DNA of 32,000 bases from Enterobacteriaceae endosymbiont of Donacia provostii (GTDB lineage Bacteria; Pseudomonadota; Gammaproteobacteria; Enterobacterales; Enterobacteriaceae): the NCBI RefSeq assembly GCF_012570145.1, contig NZ_CP046206.1, positions 302,324 to 334,323 on the forward strand. The letters run 5' to 3'. This document shows, in pieces, positions 1 through 9,133 of this stretch. Numbering within the stretch: position 1 is the first letter of the stretch; every line of letters begins with the position of its first letter. The notes under the pieces are model-generated. The model searched no databases, was not told the DNA's origin, and saw only the letters and a program-made list of their open reading frames with translations. The position numbers and the translations under genes were made by a program.

Positions 1-115
1 TGTTTTTAATAATTAAACATAATTACAAGTGTCAAAATTATTATTTCATATAAATTATAATTGAATAATTATTTTTTATAAACTTTTTTTTTTATAAAAA
101 TCTTATTTAATATAT

Positions 116-151
116 AAAATTTATAAAAATTATATAATTTATATAAATTTT
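116..151 (-). repeat. 36-nt near-perfect A/T palindrome (17 of 18 pairs) about 24 nt downstream of the pnp stop; candidate 3' hairpin
   Basis: Positions 116-133 pair with 134-151 around a centre between 133 and 134. The only mismatch is 126/141. There is no adjacent U-tract. Confidence 0.5.
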
Positions 152-174
152 TTAATAAAATTCATCTTTATCAA

Positions 175-2271
175 TTAAATATTATTTATAGCAGCCTTTA
201 TACTTAATCTAATTCTTCCTTGTTTATCAATTTCCATAACTTTAACTAATACATTTTGTAAAATTTGTAAATAATCACTTACTTTATTAACATGTTGATT
301 AGTAATTTGAGAAATATGAACTAATCCTTCTTTTCCATTACCTATAGAAATGAAAGCACCAAAATCTACAATACGTATAACTTTACCTGTATAAATTTTT
401 CCTACAATAATATCTGCTGTAATTTCTTCTATGCGACGAATTGCAAATTGTATTTTTTCATTATTTTTAGCTGCAATTTTAACAATTCCACTATCTTCTA
501 TTTCAATAATTGTATCAGTTTCTTCAGTTAAAGCTCTAATAACGGATCCACCTTTTCCTATCATATCCTTAATTTTTTCTGGATTAATTTTTAATGTATG
601 AATTCTAGGCGCGAATTCTGAAATATTTTTTCTAGGAGAAGAAATAGCTTGTTTCATAACTTTTAAAATATGTAATCTAGCTAATTTTGCTTGAAATAAA
701 GCTAATTTTATAATTTTATAAGTTATTCCTTCTATTTTCATATCCATTTGTAATGCTGTTATACCTTCATTAGTACCTGCAACTTTGAAATCCATATCTC
801 CTAAATGATCTTCATCACCTAAAATATCTGATAATATTATACAATTATTATTTTCTTTAATTAATCCCATTGCTATGCCAGCTACAGCATTTTTTATAGG
901 AATACCAGCATCCATCATTGCTAATGATGCGCCACAAACAGAAGCCATTGATGATGAACCATTAGATTCTGTAATTTCAGATACTATACGAATAGTATAA
1001 GGAAATTTATTAATATCAGGCATGACTGGTATTAAAGATTTTTTAGCTAAATTTCCATGACCTATTTCACGTCTTTTAGGAGAACCTAATATTCCAATTT
1101 CACCAACAGAAAAAGAAGGAAAATTATAATGAAATAAAAAATTATCTGTTCTATTATTTATTAAATCATCTAATGGTTGAGCATCTCTATTAGTTCCTAA
1201 TGTAGCAGTAACTAATGCTTGTGTTTCACCTCTTGTAAAGAGAGCAGAACCATGTGTTCTAGGTAAAATACCTATACGTACATCTAAATTACGTATCATA
1301 TCATTTGCACGTCCATCAATTCTAAAGTTATTTTTTATAATATTTTTACGTACAATTTTTTTTTCTAATTCATAAAATATTTCATTTAAATAATTTAAAG
1401 AAATATTTTCATATTCTTTTTCTTTTTTTATTAATTCAAAAATTTTTAATTTTACAGAATCAATTTTATTAATTCTATCTTGTTTTTTTTGAATATTATA
1501 TGCTTTTATTAATTCTTCTTGAGACAAAGAAGCTACTCTTTTTTTTAATTTTTCGTTTATAGGAGACATAATCCATATAGAAGATTTTTTTTCTATTTTA
1601 GAAGATAATTTAATAATATTATTAATTAATATTTGTTGTTGATTATGTCCATATATAATAGCATTTAATATTTGTTCTTCAGTTAAAAGAGAAGATTTTG
1701 CTTCTACCATTAAAATAGCTTTTTTTGTACTAGATACAATTAAATCTAATGAGCTATTTTTTATTTCTTGTGTATTAGGATTTAATATATATTTGTTATT
1801 TATAAATCCTACACGTGCAGTACCAAATGGACCATTAAATGGTATACCAGATAAATTTAAAACAGTAGATGCACCAATTATAGCAACAAGATCTGGATTA
1901 ATTTCTGGATTTACGGACATAACAGTAGCAATAATTTGAATCTCATTTACAAAACCTTTTTTAAATAAAGGTCTTATAGGACGATCAATTAAACGAGAAA
2001 TTAAAATTTCATTTTCACTAGGACGTCCTTCTCGACGAAAAAAATTTCCTGGAATACGTCCAGCAGCATAGAATTTCTCTTGATAATATACAGATAAGGG
2101 AAAAAAATTTTGTTCAGGTTTAATTTTATTATCTACTACTAAAGTAACAAAAACTGCTGTATCATCAATACTTACCATAACAGAAGATGTTGCTTGCCTA
2201 GCTATCATTCCTGTCTCTATAGTTACAGTATTATTACCATAACGAAATCTATGAATAATCGGATTTAGCAA
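175..2271 (-). CDS. pnp: Polynucleotide phosphorylase (PNPase)
   Basis: The 698-aa ORF is colinear with E. coli PNPase: MLNPI N-terminus, two RNase PH-like halves, [19 protein letters not shown], and C-terminal KH and S1 regions ([11 protein letters not shown]). The start codon is TTG, as in E. coli pnp. Confidence 0.98.
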   Translation of the reverse strand: MLNPIIHRFRYGNNTVTIETGMIARQATSSVMVSIDDTAVFVTLVVDNKIKPEQNFFPLSVYYQEKFYAAGRIPGNFFRREGRPSENEILISRLIDRPIRPLFKKGFVNEIQIIATVMSVNPEINPDLVAIIGASTVLNLSGIPFNGPFGTARVGFINNKYILNPNTQEIKNSSLDLIVSSTKKAILMVEAKSSLLTEEQILNAIIYGHNQQQILINNIIKLSSKIEKKSSIWIMSPINEKLKKRVASLSQEELIKAYNIQKKQDRINKIDSVKLKIFELIKKEKEYENISLNYLNEIFYELEKKIVRKNIIKNNFRIDGRANDMIRNLDVRIGILPRTHGSALFTRGETQALVTATLGTNRDAQPLDDLINNRTDNFLFHYNFPSFSVGEIGILGSPKRREIGHGNLAKKSLIPVMPDINKFPYTIRIVSEITESNGSSSMASVCGASLAMMDAGIPIKNAVAGIAMGLIKENNNCIILSDILGDEDHLGDMDFKVAGTNEGITALQMDMKIEGITYKIIKLALFQAKLARLHILKVMKQAISSPRKNISEFAPRIHTLKINPEKIKDMIGKGGSVIRALTEETDTIIEIEDSGIVKIAAKNNEKIQFAIRRIEEITADIIVGKIYTGKVIRIVDFGAFISIGNGKEGLVHISQITNQHVNKVSDYLQILQNVLVKVMEIDKQGRIRLSIKAAINNI

Positions 2272-2358
2272 AATAAATACCTTTTCAATAAATTTTTATA
2301 TTAAAAAATACTAATTAATTATAAATTTATAAAGTATATAAATATAATGAAAATTTAT

Positions 2359-2628
2359 TTATTTTCTTAATCCTAAATCTTTAATTAATGTATTATAATT
2401 TTTAAAATTTTTTTTTTTAAAATAATTTAATAATTTTCTACGTTGTGATATCATGTGTAAAAGTCCTCTACGACTATGATAATCTTTTTTATGTAAAACA
2501 AAATGCTTATGTAAATAATTAATTTTAGATGTTAATAAAGCTATTTGTATCTGTGTAGATCCTTTATCATTATGATGAATTTTATTTTTTTGTATAATTT
2601 TTATTTTTTTTTCTTTATTAAAATACAT
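2359..2628 (-). CDS. rpsO: 30S ribosomal protein S15
   Basis: 89 aa. [24 protein letters not shown] matches E. coli S15 [24 protein letters not shown]. The gene sits in the conserved rpsO-pnp position. Confidence 0.97.
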   Translation of the reverse strand: MYFNKEKKIKIIQKNKIHHNDKGSTQIQIALLTSKINYLHKHFVLHKKDYHSRRGLLHMISQRRKLLNYFKKKNFKNYNTLIKDLGLRK

Positions 2629-2658
2629 AATTTAACCTCATTCATTATTAAATATAAA

Positions 2659-3624
2659 TTAATAAAAATTTTTTACATAATTCATTAATTTACATTTTAT
2701 AATGTAACCATTATCATTAATGTGACATATACCTATAAAATTAAATTTTTTTTTTCTAAAAATACAAAAAATTTTTATTTTATCTATTACAGATTTTAAT
2801 TTAATTTTTTCACCATTTATGATTTTTTTTATTAATAAATCAGATAAATATAATTTAGGTATATGATATATAATATAATCAATTGGTAATAACAATTTTT
2901 TAATTAAAAAAGTATTTAATTGATGATTTTTATAATTCATAATTAATATTTTTAATTGTTCTAATGTTATAACATTTTTATTTAAAATGGAAATATGTGA
3001 TATTAATATTCTACGTAATTTAATTATATGAGCTCCACAATTTAATTGATCGCCTAAATCATCAATAATACTACGAATATAAGTACCTTTTGAACAATGA
3101 ATGTGTAATTTAATTTTATTTTTATTAAAACTTAATAATTTAATTTGAAATATTGTTATATTTCTATATTCTAAATTTGAAATTTCAATTCCCTTCCTAG
3201 CATATTTATACAAAGGAATACCTTTATATTTAATAGCAGAATACATAGGGGGTTTTTGTTTTATTTTTCCTTTAAATAAATTTATTTTTTTAATAATATT
3301 TTTTTTAGTAACATTAACATCCCTTTTCTTTATAAGAAAACCATATTTATCTGCAGTATTTGTTTTTTCCCCTAAAAGAGCTGTAACTAAATATGTTTTA
3401 TCTGTGTTTGTCAGATATTGACTAAATTTAGTATATTCTCCAAAACAAATCGGTAATAAACCAGTAGCTAGAGGATCTAAAGTTCCAATATATCCAGCTT
3501 TTTTTGCATTAAAAATCATTTTAATATACTGAAGAATTCTATTTGATGTCATCCCAATAGATTTATCAAGTAATAATAAACCATCTAGATTTTGTTTTTT
3601 TATAATTTTTAGCATTTTTTTCAT
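2659..3624 (-). CDS. truB: tRNA pseudouridine-55 synthase
   Basis: 321 aa. It carries GTLDPLATGLLPICFGE (catalytic Asp motif), PPMYSAIKYKG and HCSKGTYIRSIIDDLG, colinear with E. coli TruB. Confidence 0.96.
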   Translation of the reverse strand: MKKMLKIIKKQNLDGLLLLDKSIGMTSNRILQYIKMIFNAKKAGYIGTLDPLATGLLPICFGEYTKFSQYLTNTDKTYLVTALLGEKTNTADKYGFLIKKRDVNVTKKNIIKKINLFKGKIKQKPPMYSAIKYKGIPLYKYARKGIEISNLEYRNITIFQIKLLSFNKNKIKLHIHCSKGTYIRSIIDDLGDQLNCGAHIIKLRRILISHISILNKNVITLEQLKILIMNYKNHQLNTFLIKKLLLPIDYIIYHIPKLYLSDLLIKKIINGEKIKLKSVIDKIKIFCIFRKKKFNFIGICHINDNGYIIKCKLMNYVKNFY

Positions 3625-3663
3625 AAAATATATATTTTATATATAAAATATACATTAATTTTT

Positions 3664-4005
3664 TTATTTAATATTTTTAATTAAATTACTAATATAATTA
3701 CCTTCCTTTAAAGAATTATCTAAATAAAATTTTAATTTAGGTATTTTACGTAATCTTATCTTTTTTTGTAATATATATCTAATATATTCTGTTGTTTTAT
3801 TTAAAAAAAATAATGTATTTTTTTGATTTTTATATTCTTCATTATATGGTAAAAATATAAAAATTTTGGCATATGAAAAATCTTTTGATAATATTATATC
3901 TGTAACAGTAGTTAATTTATTAAAATTAATACTATTTAAATTATTTTGCAATATTTTTGCTATTTGTTTTTTTAATTCATATGCAATACGTAAATTACGA
4001 TACAA
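3664..4005 (-). CDS. rbfA: Ribosome-binding factor A
   Basis: 113 aa. RLRKIPKLKFYLDNSLKEG corresponds to E. coli RLRIVPELTFFYDNSLVEG. The TTG start lies 7 nt downstream of a GGAGG Shine-Dalgarno. The gene is in the syntenic infB-rbfA-truB position. Confidence 0.93.
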   Translation of the reverse strand: MYRNLRIAYELKKQIAKILQNNLNSINFNKLTTVTDIILSKDFSYAKIFIFLPYNEEYKNQKNTLFFLNKTTEYIRYILQKKIRLRKIPKLKFYLDNSLKEGNYISNLIKNIK

Positions 4006-4041
4006 TAAGTAACCTCCATAATATTTTTTTATATAAAAAAA

Positions 4042-6402
4042 TTATTTTTTTATAACTTCATTTTTTTCAAAAATTTCTATTTTATCTCCAATATTTATAT
4101 CATTAAAATTTTTAATACTAATCCCGCATTCCATGCCATTACGTACTTCATTTACACTTTCTTTAAATCTTCTTAAAGAATCAATAACACCTTCATAAAT
4201 AATTTTATTATTTCTAAATAATTTTATTAAATTATGACGTTTAATAAAACCATATGTTACTATACATCCTGCTATTATACCAATTTTAGGTATAGTAAAA
4301 ATACTTCTAACTTCTGCATTTCCTAAAATTAATTTTTTGTATTTAGGTGTTAAAAGATTTTTAATATATTTTTTTATATAATTAATCACATCATAAATAA
4401 TTGTAAAAAATATAATCTTAATATTTTTAAGTTTTATTATATTTTTTATAATATTATTTTTTTTTATATTAAAACCAATAATAATAATATGTTTACAAGA
4501 ATTAGTCATTACTAATGAAATATCTGTCTCATTTATTTCTCCTATACCTAAATGTATAATTTTTATATTAATTTTATTATTAGATAAATGTAATAATGTA
4601 TCTTTAATAGCTTCCAGAGAACCTTGAGTATCACTTTTAATTAATAAATTTATTTCATGTATATTTTCTTTGTCTAAATTTAAAAATGATTTTTGAAATT
4701 GTTTATGTTTATAAGATAGTTGAATTTCTCTTAATTTATTTTTTCTATATAATGCTATTTCTTTAGCTTGTTTTTCATTATTTACAACGATAAAATTATC
4801 TCCTGCATATGGTAATTCAGATAAACCTAAAATTTTTACAGGAGTAGAAGGTCCAGCAGATAATATTTCTAATTCTTTATAATTTATCAAACATTTTACT
4901 CTACCGTAAGTACAACCACAAAGTACTATATTTCCTTTTTTTAACATTCCCTCTTTTATTAAAACATTAGCTATAGGTCCTTTTCCTTTTTCTAAAAATG
5001 ATTCAATTACTATTCCTTTTGCTATACCTTCATTAATAGCTTTTAATTCTAATATTTCTGCTTGTAATAAAATAATTTTTAATAATTTATTTATACCTTC
5101 TCCTGTTTTTGCAGAAATTTTAATAAAAATATTCTCTCCTCCCCATTCTTCAGAGATAATATTATATCTACTTAATTCATTTTTTATTTTTTCAAAATTT
5201 GAAATTTTTTTATCAATTTTATTAATTGCAACTATAATAGGTACTTTTATTTTTTTAGCATGTTTTATGGCTTCTATTGTCTGAGGCATAACTCCATCAT
5301 CAATAGCAATAACTAATATAATTATATCTGTAATTTGAACTCCTCTTAATCTCATAGAGATAAAAGATTCATGACCTGGAGTATCAAAAAATACTATTTT
5401 TTTATTTTCAAAAAATACTTCATAAGCATTTATATTTTGTGTAATCCCCCCTGTTTCTTTAGAAACAATATTACTTGAACAAATATTATCTAATAATGAA
5501 GTTTTTCCATGATCAACATGACCTATAATTGTTACAATAGGTGGTCTTGTAATAGGTATATTTGTATTAACATGATTAATTAATAATTTTTCTATATCAT
5601 TTTCATTACGTAAAATAACTTTATGACCCATTTCCTCAGCTATTAATTGAGCTGTTTCTTGATCTAGTAATTGATTAATATTAGAATATTTTTCACCCAT
5701 ATTAACCATAATTTTAATTAATTCTGAACTTTTCACTGCCATTTTATTAGATAATTCAGCTAAACTAATAGTTTCATTAATAATGATGTTACGATTGATA
5801 TTTTTAATTGGTTTGGTAAAATTCTGATATAATTTTAAAACATTTTTTTTATAATTATTATTATAAAAATTTTTTTTATTATCTTCTTTATTATTTTTAT
5901 AATTTTTATTAAATCTTTTCTTATTATATATATTTTTTTTTAAAAAATTTTTATCTACATTTTTATTATGATAAAAAAAATTTTTTTTTTTAAATTTTTT
6001 ATACTTTTTATTTTTAATAATATTTGTTTCTTTATAATCATTTTTATTAAATGATAAAAAATTTTTTATTTTTTTTTTTACTATATTAAATTTATTATTT
6101 TTTTTTAATTCTTGACTAAAATTTTTTTTATTTAATGGAAACTTTTTATTTTTATCATTTCTTTTTTTTTCAATCTTATTATATTTTGTAATATTATTAT
6201 TTTGTTTTTTTATAGTTAATGATTTTAACTCATTAAAATTTTTATTTTTTAAATATGTTAAAAGTTTTTTTTTTTCTTCTTTATTAACTGTATCATGTTC
6301 TAATTTTTTAATTTTTATATTAGCAAAATATTTAATTATTTTTTTGACTGAAATTTTAATTTCATGAGCTAATAATTTTATAGTTATAACAGCATCTATC
6401 AT
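4042..6402 (-). CDS. infB: Translation initiation factor IF-2
   Basis: 786 aa. The N-terminus MIDAVITIKLLAHEI resembles E. coli MTDVTIKTLAAE. GTPase motifs [17 protein letters not shown] and NKID are present, and the C-terminal domains are conserved. The ATG is preceded by GAGGAG. The N-terminal third is Lys/Asn low complexity. Confidence 0.97.
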   Translation of the reverse strand: MIDAVITIKLLAHEIKISVKKIIKYFANIKIKKLEHDTVNKEEKKKLLTYLKNKNFNELKSLTIKKQNNNITKYNKIEKKRNDKNKKFPLNKKNFSQELKKNNKFNIVKKKIKNFLSFNKNDYKETNIIKNKKYKKFKKKNFFYHNKNVDKNFLKKNIYNKKRFNKNYKNNKEDNKKNFYNNNYKKNVLKLYQNFTKPIKNINRNIIINETISLAELSNKMAVKSSELIKIMVNMGEKYSNINQLLDQETAQLIAEEMGHKVILRNENDIEKLLINHVNTNIPITRPPIVTIIGHVDHGKTSLLDNICSSNIVSKETGGITQNINAYEVFFENKKIVFFDTPGHESFISMRLRGVQITDIIILVIAIDDGVMPQTIEAIKHAKKIKVPIIVAINKIDKKISNFEKIKNELSRYNIISEEWGGENIFIKISAKTGEGINKLLKIILLQAEILELKAINEGIAKGIVIESFLEKGKGPIANVLIKEGMLKKGNIVLCGCTYGRVKCLINYKELEILSAGPSTPVKILGLSELPYAGDNFIVVNNEKQAKEIALYRKNKLREIQLSYKHKQFQKSFLNLDKENIHEINLLIKSDTQGSLEAIKDTLLHLSNNKINIKIIHLGIGEINETDISLVMTNSCKHIIIIGFNIKKNNIIKNIIKLKNIKIIFFTIIYDVINYIKKYIKNLLTPKYKKLILGNAEVRSIFTIPKIGIIAGCIVTYGFIKRHNLIKLFRNNKIIYEGVIDSLRRFKESVNEVRNGMECGISIKNFNDINIGDKIEIFEKNEVIKK

Positions 6403-6632
6403 GCTGTCTACTCCTCTATTTTAAAATTAATTACAAATTAAGTGTTAAAACTAACAATATTATACATATAGTAATTTTTTTAATATTACTACATATAAAA
6501 AATCTATATTAGATATATATTTTAAATATTTTTTTAATTAAATTTTTATTAGTTATAATGTGTTTCTAATGTAAAAATTATATAATATACTAATTATTTT
6601 TTATATTAAAAATTTTTTTATAAATTTATTAT

Positions 6633-7913
6633 TTAAATAGTACTTTTTTTTAAATTATTATATATTTTTTTTGCTGATTCTTGTATTTTTTTTAAATCAT
6701 TAATTGTTAAATTAAATTTTCTAGTTATATTATATAATTTATTAATTGAAATTAATTGCAATTCTTTAATAGAAAAAATTTTACCTTTCCTAACTATTCT
6801 TTCAGATAATTCATAATTAATATTTAAATACTTTACAAATATATTAATAATATGATTTTGTTCTTTTTTATATTTTTGATATAAATCATTTTTTGTCATA
6901 ACATTTAACTCCCATCCACTTAATTGAGAAGCTAAACGAATATTCTGTCCATTTTTACCTATAGCTTGGGCTAAATTATTTTTTTTTACGGAAAGATCTA
7001 TAGTATGTTTTTTCTTATTTATCACTATAGATGATATATCTGCTGGAGACATAGCATTAATAACAAATTTTCTAAGATCAGAATTCCATAATATAATATC
7101 AATACGTTCTCCATTTAATTCGTTAGAAATAGCTTGAACTCTAGCACCTCTCATACCAACACAAGCACCAACAGGATCTATTCTTTTATCATTCGTTTTT
7201 ACAGCTATTTTTGATCTTAAACCAGGATCCCTAGCTACTGCTTTAATTTCAATCAAACCTTCTCCAATTTCAGGTACTTCAATATTAAATAATTCAATTA
7301 ACATTTGTGTTTTAGATCTACTTATAAATAATTGTGTTTCTTTCATATCTTCTTTAATATAGAAAAGTAATCCTCTTACTCTATCACCTAACCTAAAATT
7401 TTCACGAGGTAACATATCAGAACGTAAAATTATAGCATCTGCTCCATGTCCTAAATCTAAATTTAGATGTCCTCTATTAACTTTTTTTACAATACCATGT
7501 AAAATTTTCCCTTCTTTTTTTTTAAATTGTGCTATAGTAATAGCTTTTTCTGCTTCTCGTACTTTATGTACTATAACTTGTTTAGCTGTTTGTGTAGTAA
7601 TACGATCAAAATTAATAGATTTAATTTTATCATATATATAATCACCTAAATTAAGAGTATTATCTTCAACTCTTGCTGCATCTAATGTAATTTCTTTAGT
7701 CGGATAATTTACTTTTTTAACTATTAACCATCTTCTAAATGTATGAAAATTACCATTTTTACGATTAATATTTACAAATACTTCTATATCTTGTTCATAT
7801 TTTTTTTTTGTTGCACTAGCTAAAGCACTCTCCATGGCTTCAAATATTTTTTCACGAGGTAAAGATTTTTCATTAGCAACAGCTTCAATAACAGCTAACA
7901 TTTCTTTATTCAT
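6633..7913 (-). CDS. nusA: Transcription termination/antitermination factor NusA, lacking the C-terminal AR2 domain
   Basis: 426 aa. [32 protein letters not shown], the S1 domain, and KH1/KH2 ([18 protein letters not shown]; [22 protein letters not shown]) are colinear with E. coli NusA. The ORF ends after the first acidic-repeat-like region (E. coli NusA is 495 aa). Confidence 0.96.
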   Translation of the reverse strand: MNKEMLAVIEAVANEKSLPREKIFEAMESALASATKKKYEQDIEVFVNINRKNGNFHTFRRWLIVKKVNYPTKEITLDAARVEDNTLNLGDYIYDKIKSINFDRITTQTAKQVIVHKVREAEKAITIAQFKKKEGKILHGIVKKVNRGHLNLDLGHGADAIILRSDMLPRENFRLGDRVRGLLFYIKEDMKETQLFISRSKTQMLIELFNIEVPEIGEGLIEIKAVARDPGLRSKIAVKTNDKRIDPVGACVGMRGARVQAISNELNGERIDIILWNSDLRKFVINAMSPADISSIVINKKKHTIDLSVKKNNLAQAIGKNGQNIRLASQLSGWELNVMTKNDLYQKYKKEQNHIINIFVKYLNINYELSERIVRKGKIFSIKELQLISINKLYNITRKFNLTINDLKKIQESAKKIYNNLKKSTI

Positions 7914-8126
7914 CCTAGTTATCCTTAAATATTAAATTCTTAAAATTAAAGAACTAGATTATCATTTAATGATGATACAAGTAACATAATTTTTTACTTT
8001 ACAAACTTTTTATTATTTTTTATATAATTTTTATTTAACAAACTTATTTTATTTATTTATTTTTATTAAATATAAAAAGTCAACATAAAATAAATTTAAT
8101 AAAGGAATTAAATATAATGTTGGTAT

Positions 8127-8203
<77 letters not shown>

Positions 8204-8259
8204 TCTTAATGATAATATATAATATTATAAAAATATAAATAATGCAATATTATTTTTAA

Positions 8260-8346
8260 TACCGAAGACGGGATTTGAACCCGTAAGCCAAATAATAAGG
8301 CACTACCACCTCAAGGTAGCGTGTTTACCAATTTCACCACTTCGGT
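8260..8346 (-). tRNA. leuU: tRNA-Leu (anticodon GAG), long variable arm, CCA not encoded
   Basis: The reverse complement reads ACCGAAGTGGTGAAATTGGTAAACACGCTACCTTGAGGTGGTAGTGCCTTATTATTTGGCTTACGGGTTCAAATCCCGTCTTCGGTA. It has a 7-bp acceptor stem, an anticodon stem CTACC/GGTAG with loop TTGAGGT, and a T arm ACGGG-TTCAAAT-CCCGT. It lies immediately downstream of secG, as E. coli leuU does. Confidence 0.93.
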
Positions 8347-8356
8347 AAAATTTTTT

Positions 8357-8626
8357 TTATATCTTATTTATATTATAAGATGTAATATAAGTTTTCCCAT
8401 ATTTTTTTACATTAAAATTATTTATTATTAAACTAATAATAAAAAATAAAGATGCAAAAAAAATAATACTTCTTGTTAAGATTTTATTAGACATATTTGT
8501 ATTAAAAGGAGATTTTGTATTACTAGATGATGATGCAATATCTATTTCATCATTATCCTGAAATAATATAATACTAATTAATATAAGTGATACAAAAATA
8601 AATAAAATTAACAATAATTTATACAT
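8357..8626 (-). CDS. secG: Protein-export membrane protein SecG
   Basis: MYKLLLILFIFVSLILISIILFQ and LTRSIIFFASLFFIISLII match E. coli SecG (MYEALLVVFLIVAIGLVGLIMLQ; MTRMTALLATLFFIISLVL). I place the start at the ATG at 8626. The ORF-track start at 8635 is a TTG three codons upstream. Confidence 0.9.
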   Translation of the reverse strand: MYKLLLILFIFVSLILISIILFQDNDEIDIASSSSNTKSPFNTNMSNKILTRSIIFFASLFFIISLIINNFNVKKYGKTYITSYNINKI

Positions 8627-8639
8627 AAAAACCAATAAA

Positions 8640-9075
8640 ATATTTTAACCAAATATTATCTAATTATAATTATATATTAATTTATAATAATTACAATATA
8701 AATTTTTCATTTATAATATTAATATAAGAATACTTTTTTATATATTATTTAATATTATTAATTTTTTATTTTTACCTTTAATAATAATTTTTACTACTAA
8801 TGTAGTATTTGATTTTCTTAAAAAAATTTTTTCATTTTTTAAAAAAAATAATTATTTTTTTAAACAAAAAAATTTATAATTTTTTAAGAAAAAAAATTAG
8901 TATCGTTGAATAAAACATTTAAATTTGTATTTATGTCAATAATAATATTTTAATATTTTTTAACAAAAATTTTTCCTAAAACAAAAACTAGTTTTACTAT
9001 TATATTATAATTTATAAGAAATTTTCTAAATATTAATTTGATATTATCTATATCAAAATATTTATGATATTTCAT
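8640..9075 (-). pseudogene. glmM: Decayed relic of phosphoglucosamine mutase (only the N-terminal part is recognisable; multiple stops and frameshifts)
   Basis: Reading the minus strand from the ATG at 9075 gives MKYHKYFDIDNIKLIFRKFLINYNIIVKLVFVLGKIFVKKY*NIIIDINTNLNVLF. This aligns without gaps to E. coli GlmM [57 protein letters not shown]. In-frame stops fall at 8950-8952 and 8884-8886. The location is the syntenic glmM slot between ftsH and secG. The lower boundary is approximate. Confidence 0.65.
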
Positions 9076-9133
9076 TTATTTATATAATCTTATATTTTAT
9101 AAAATATCATAAACTATTTATTTTTTTAAAATT

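Noticed and set aside
7914-8126. TTGACT hexamer followed by A/T-rich candidate -10 boxes upstream of nusA; similar promoter-like hexamers in other spacers
   Set aside because: In sequence this AT-rich, TATAAT-like hexamers occur almost everywhere. I could not find a -35/-10 pair with convincing spacing, so I make no promoter calls.
8627-8635. Three-codon N-terminal extension of secG (ORF-track start MVFM...)
   Set aside because: The track start is a TTG. The ATG at 8626 reproduces the E. coli SecG N-terminus (MY...), so the extension is probably an artefact of allowing alternative starts.
8636-9133. Considered whether the largest spacer hides a novel small-protein or ncRNA locus
   Set aside because: The colinear GlmM N-terminal similarity, interrupted by stops, explains the region as a pseudogene relic. 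I saw no intact ORF, conserved structure or G/C-containing stems suggestive of an RNA gene.
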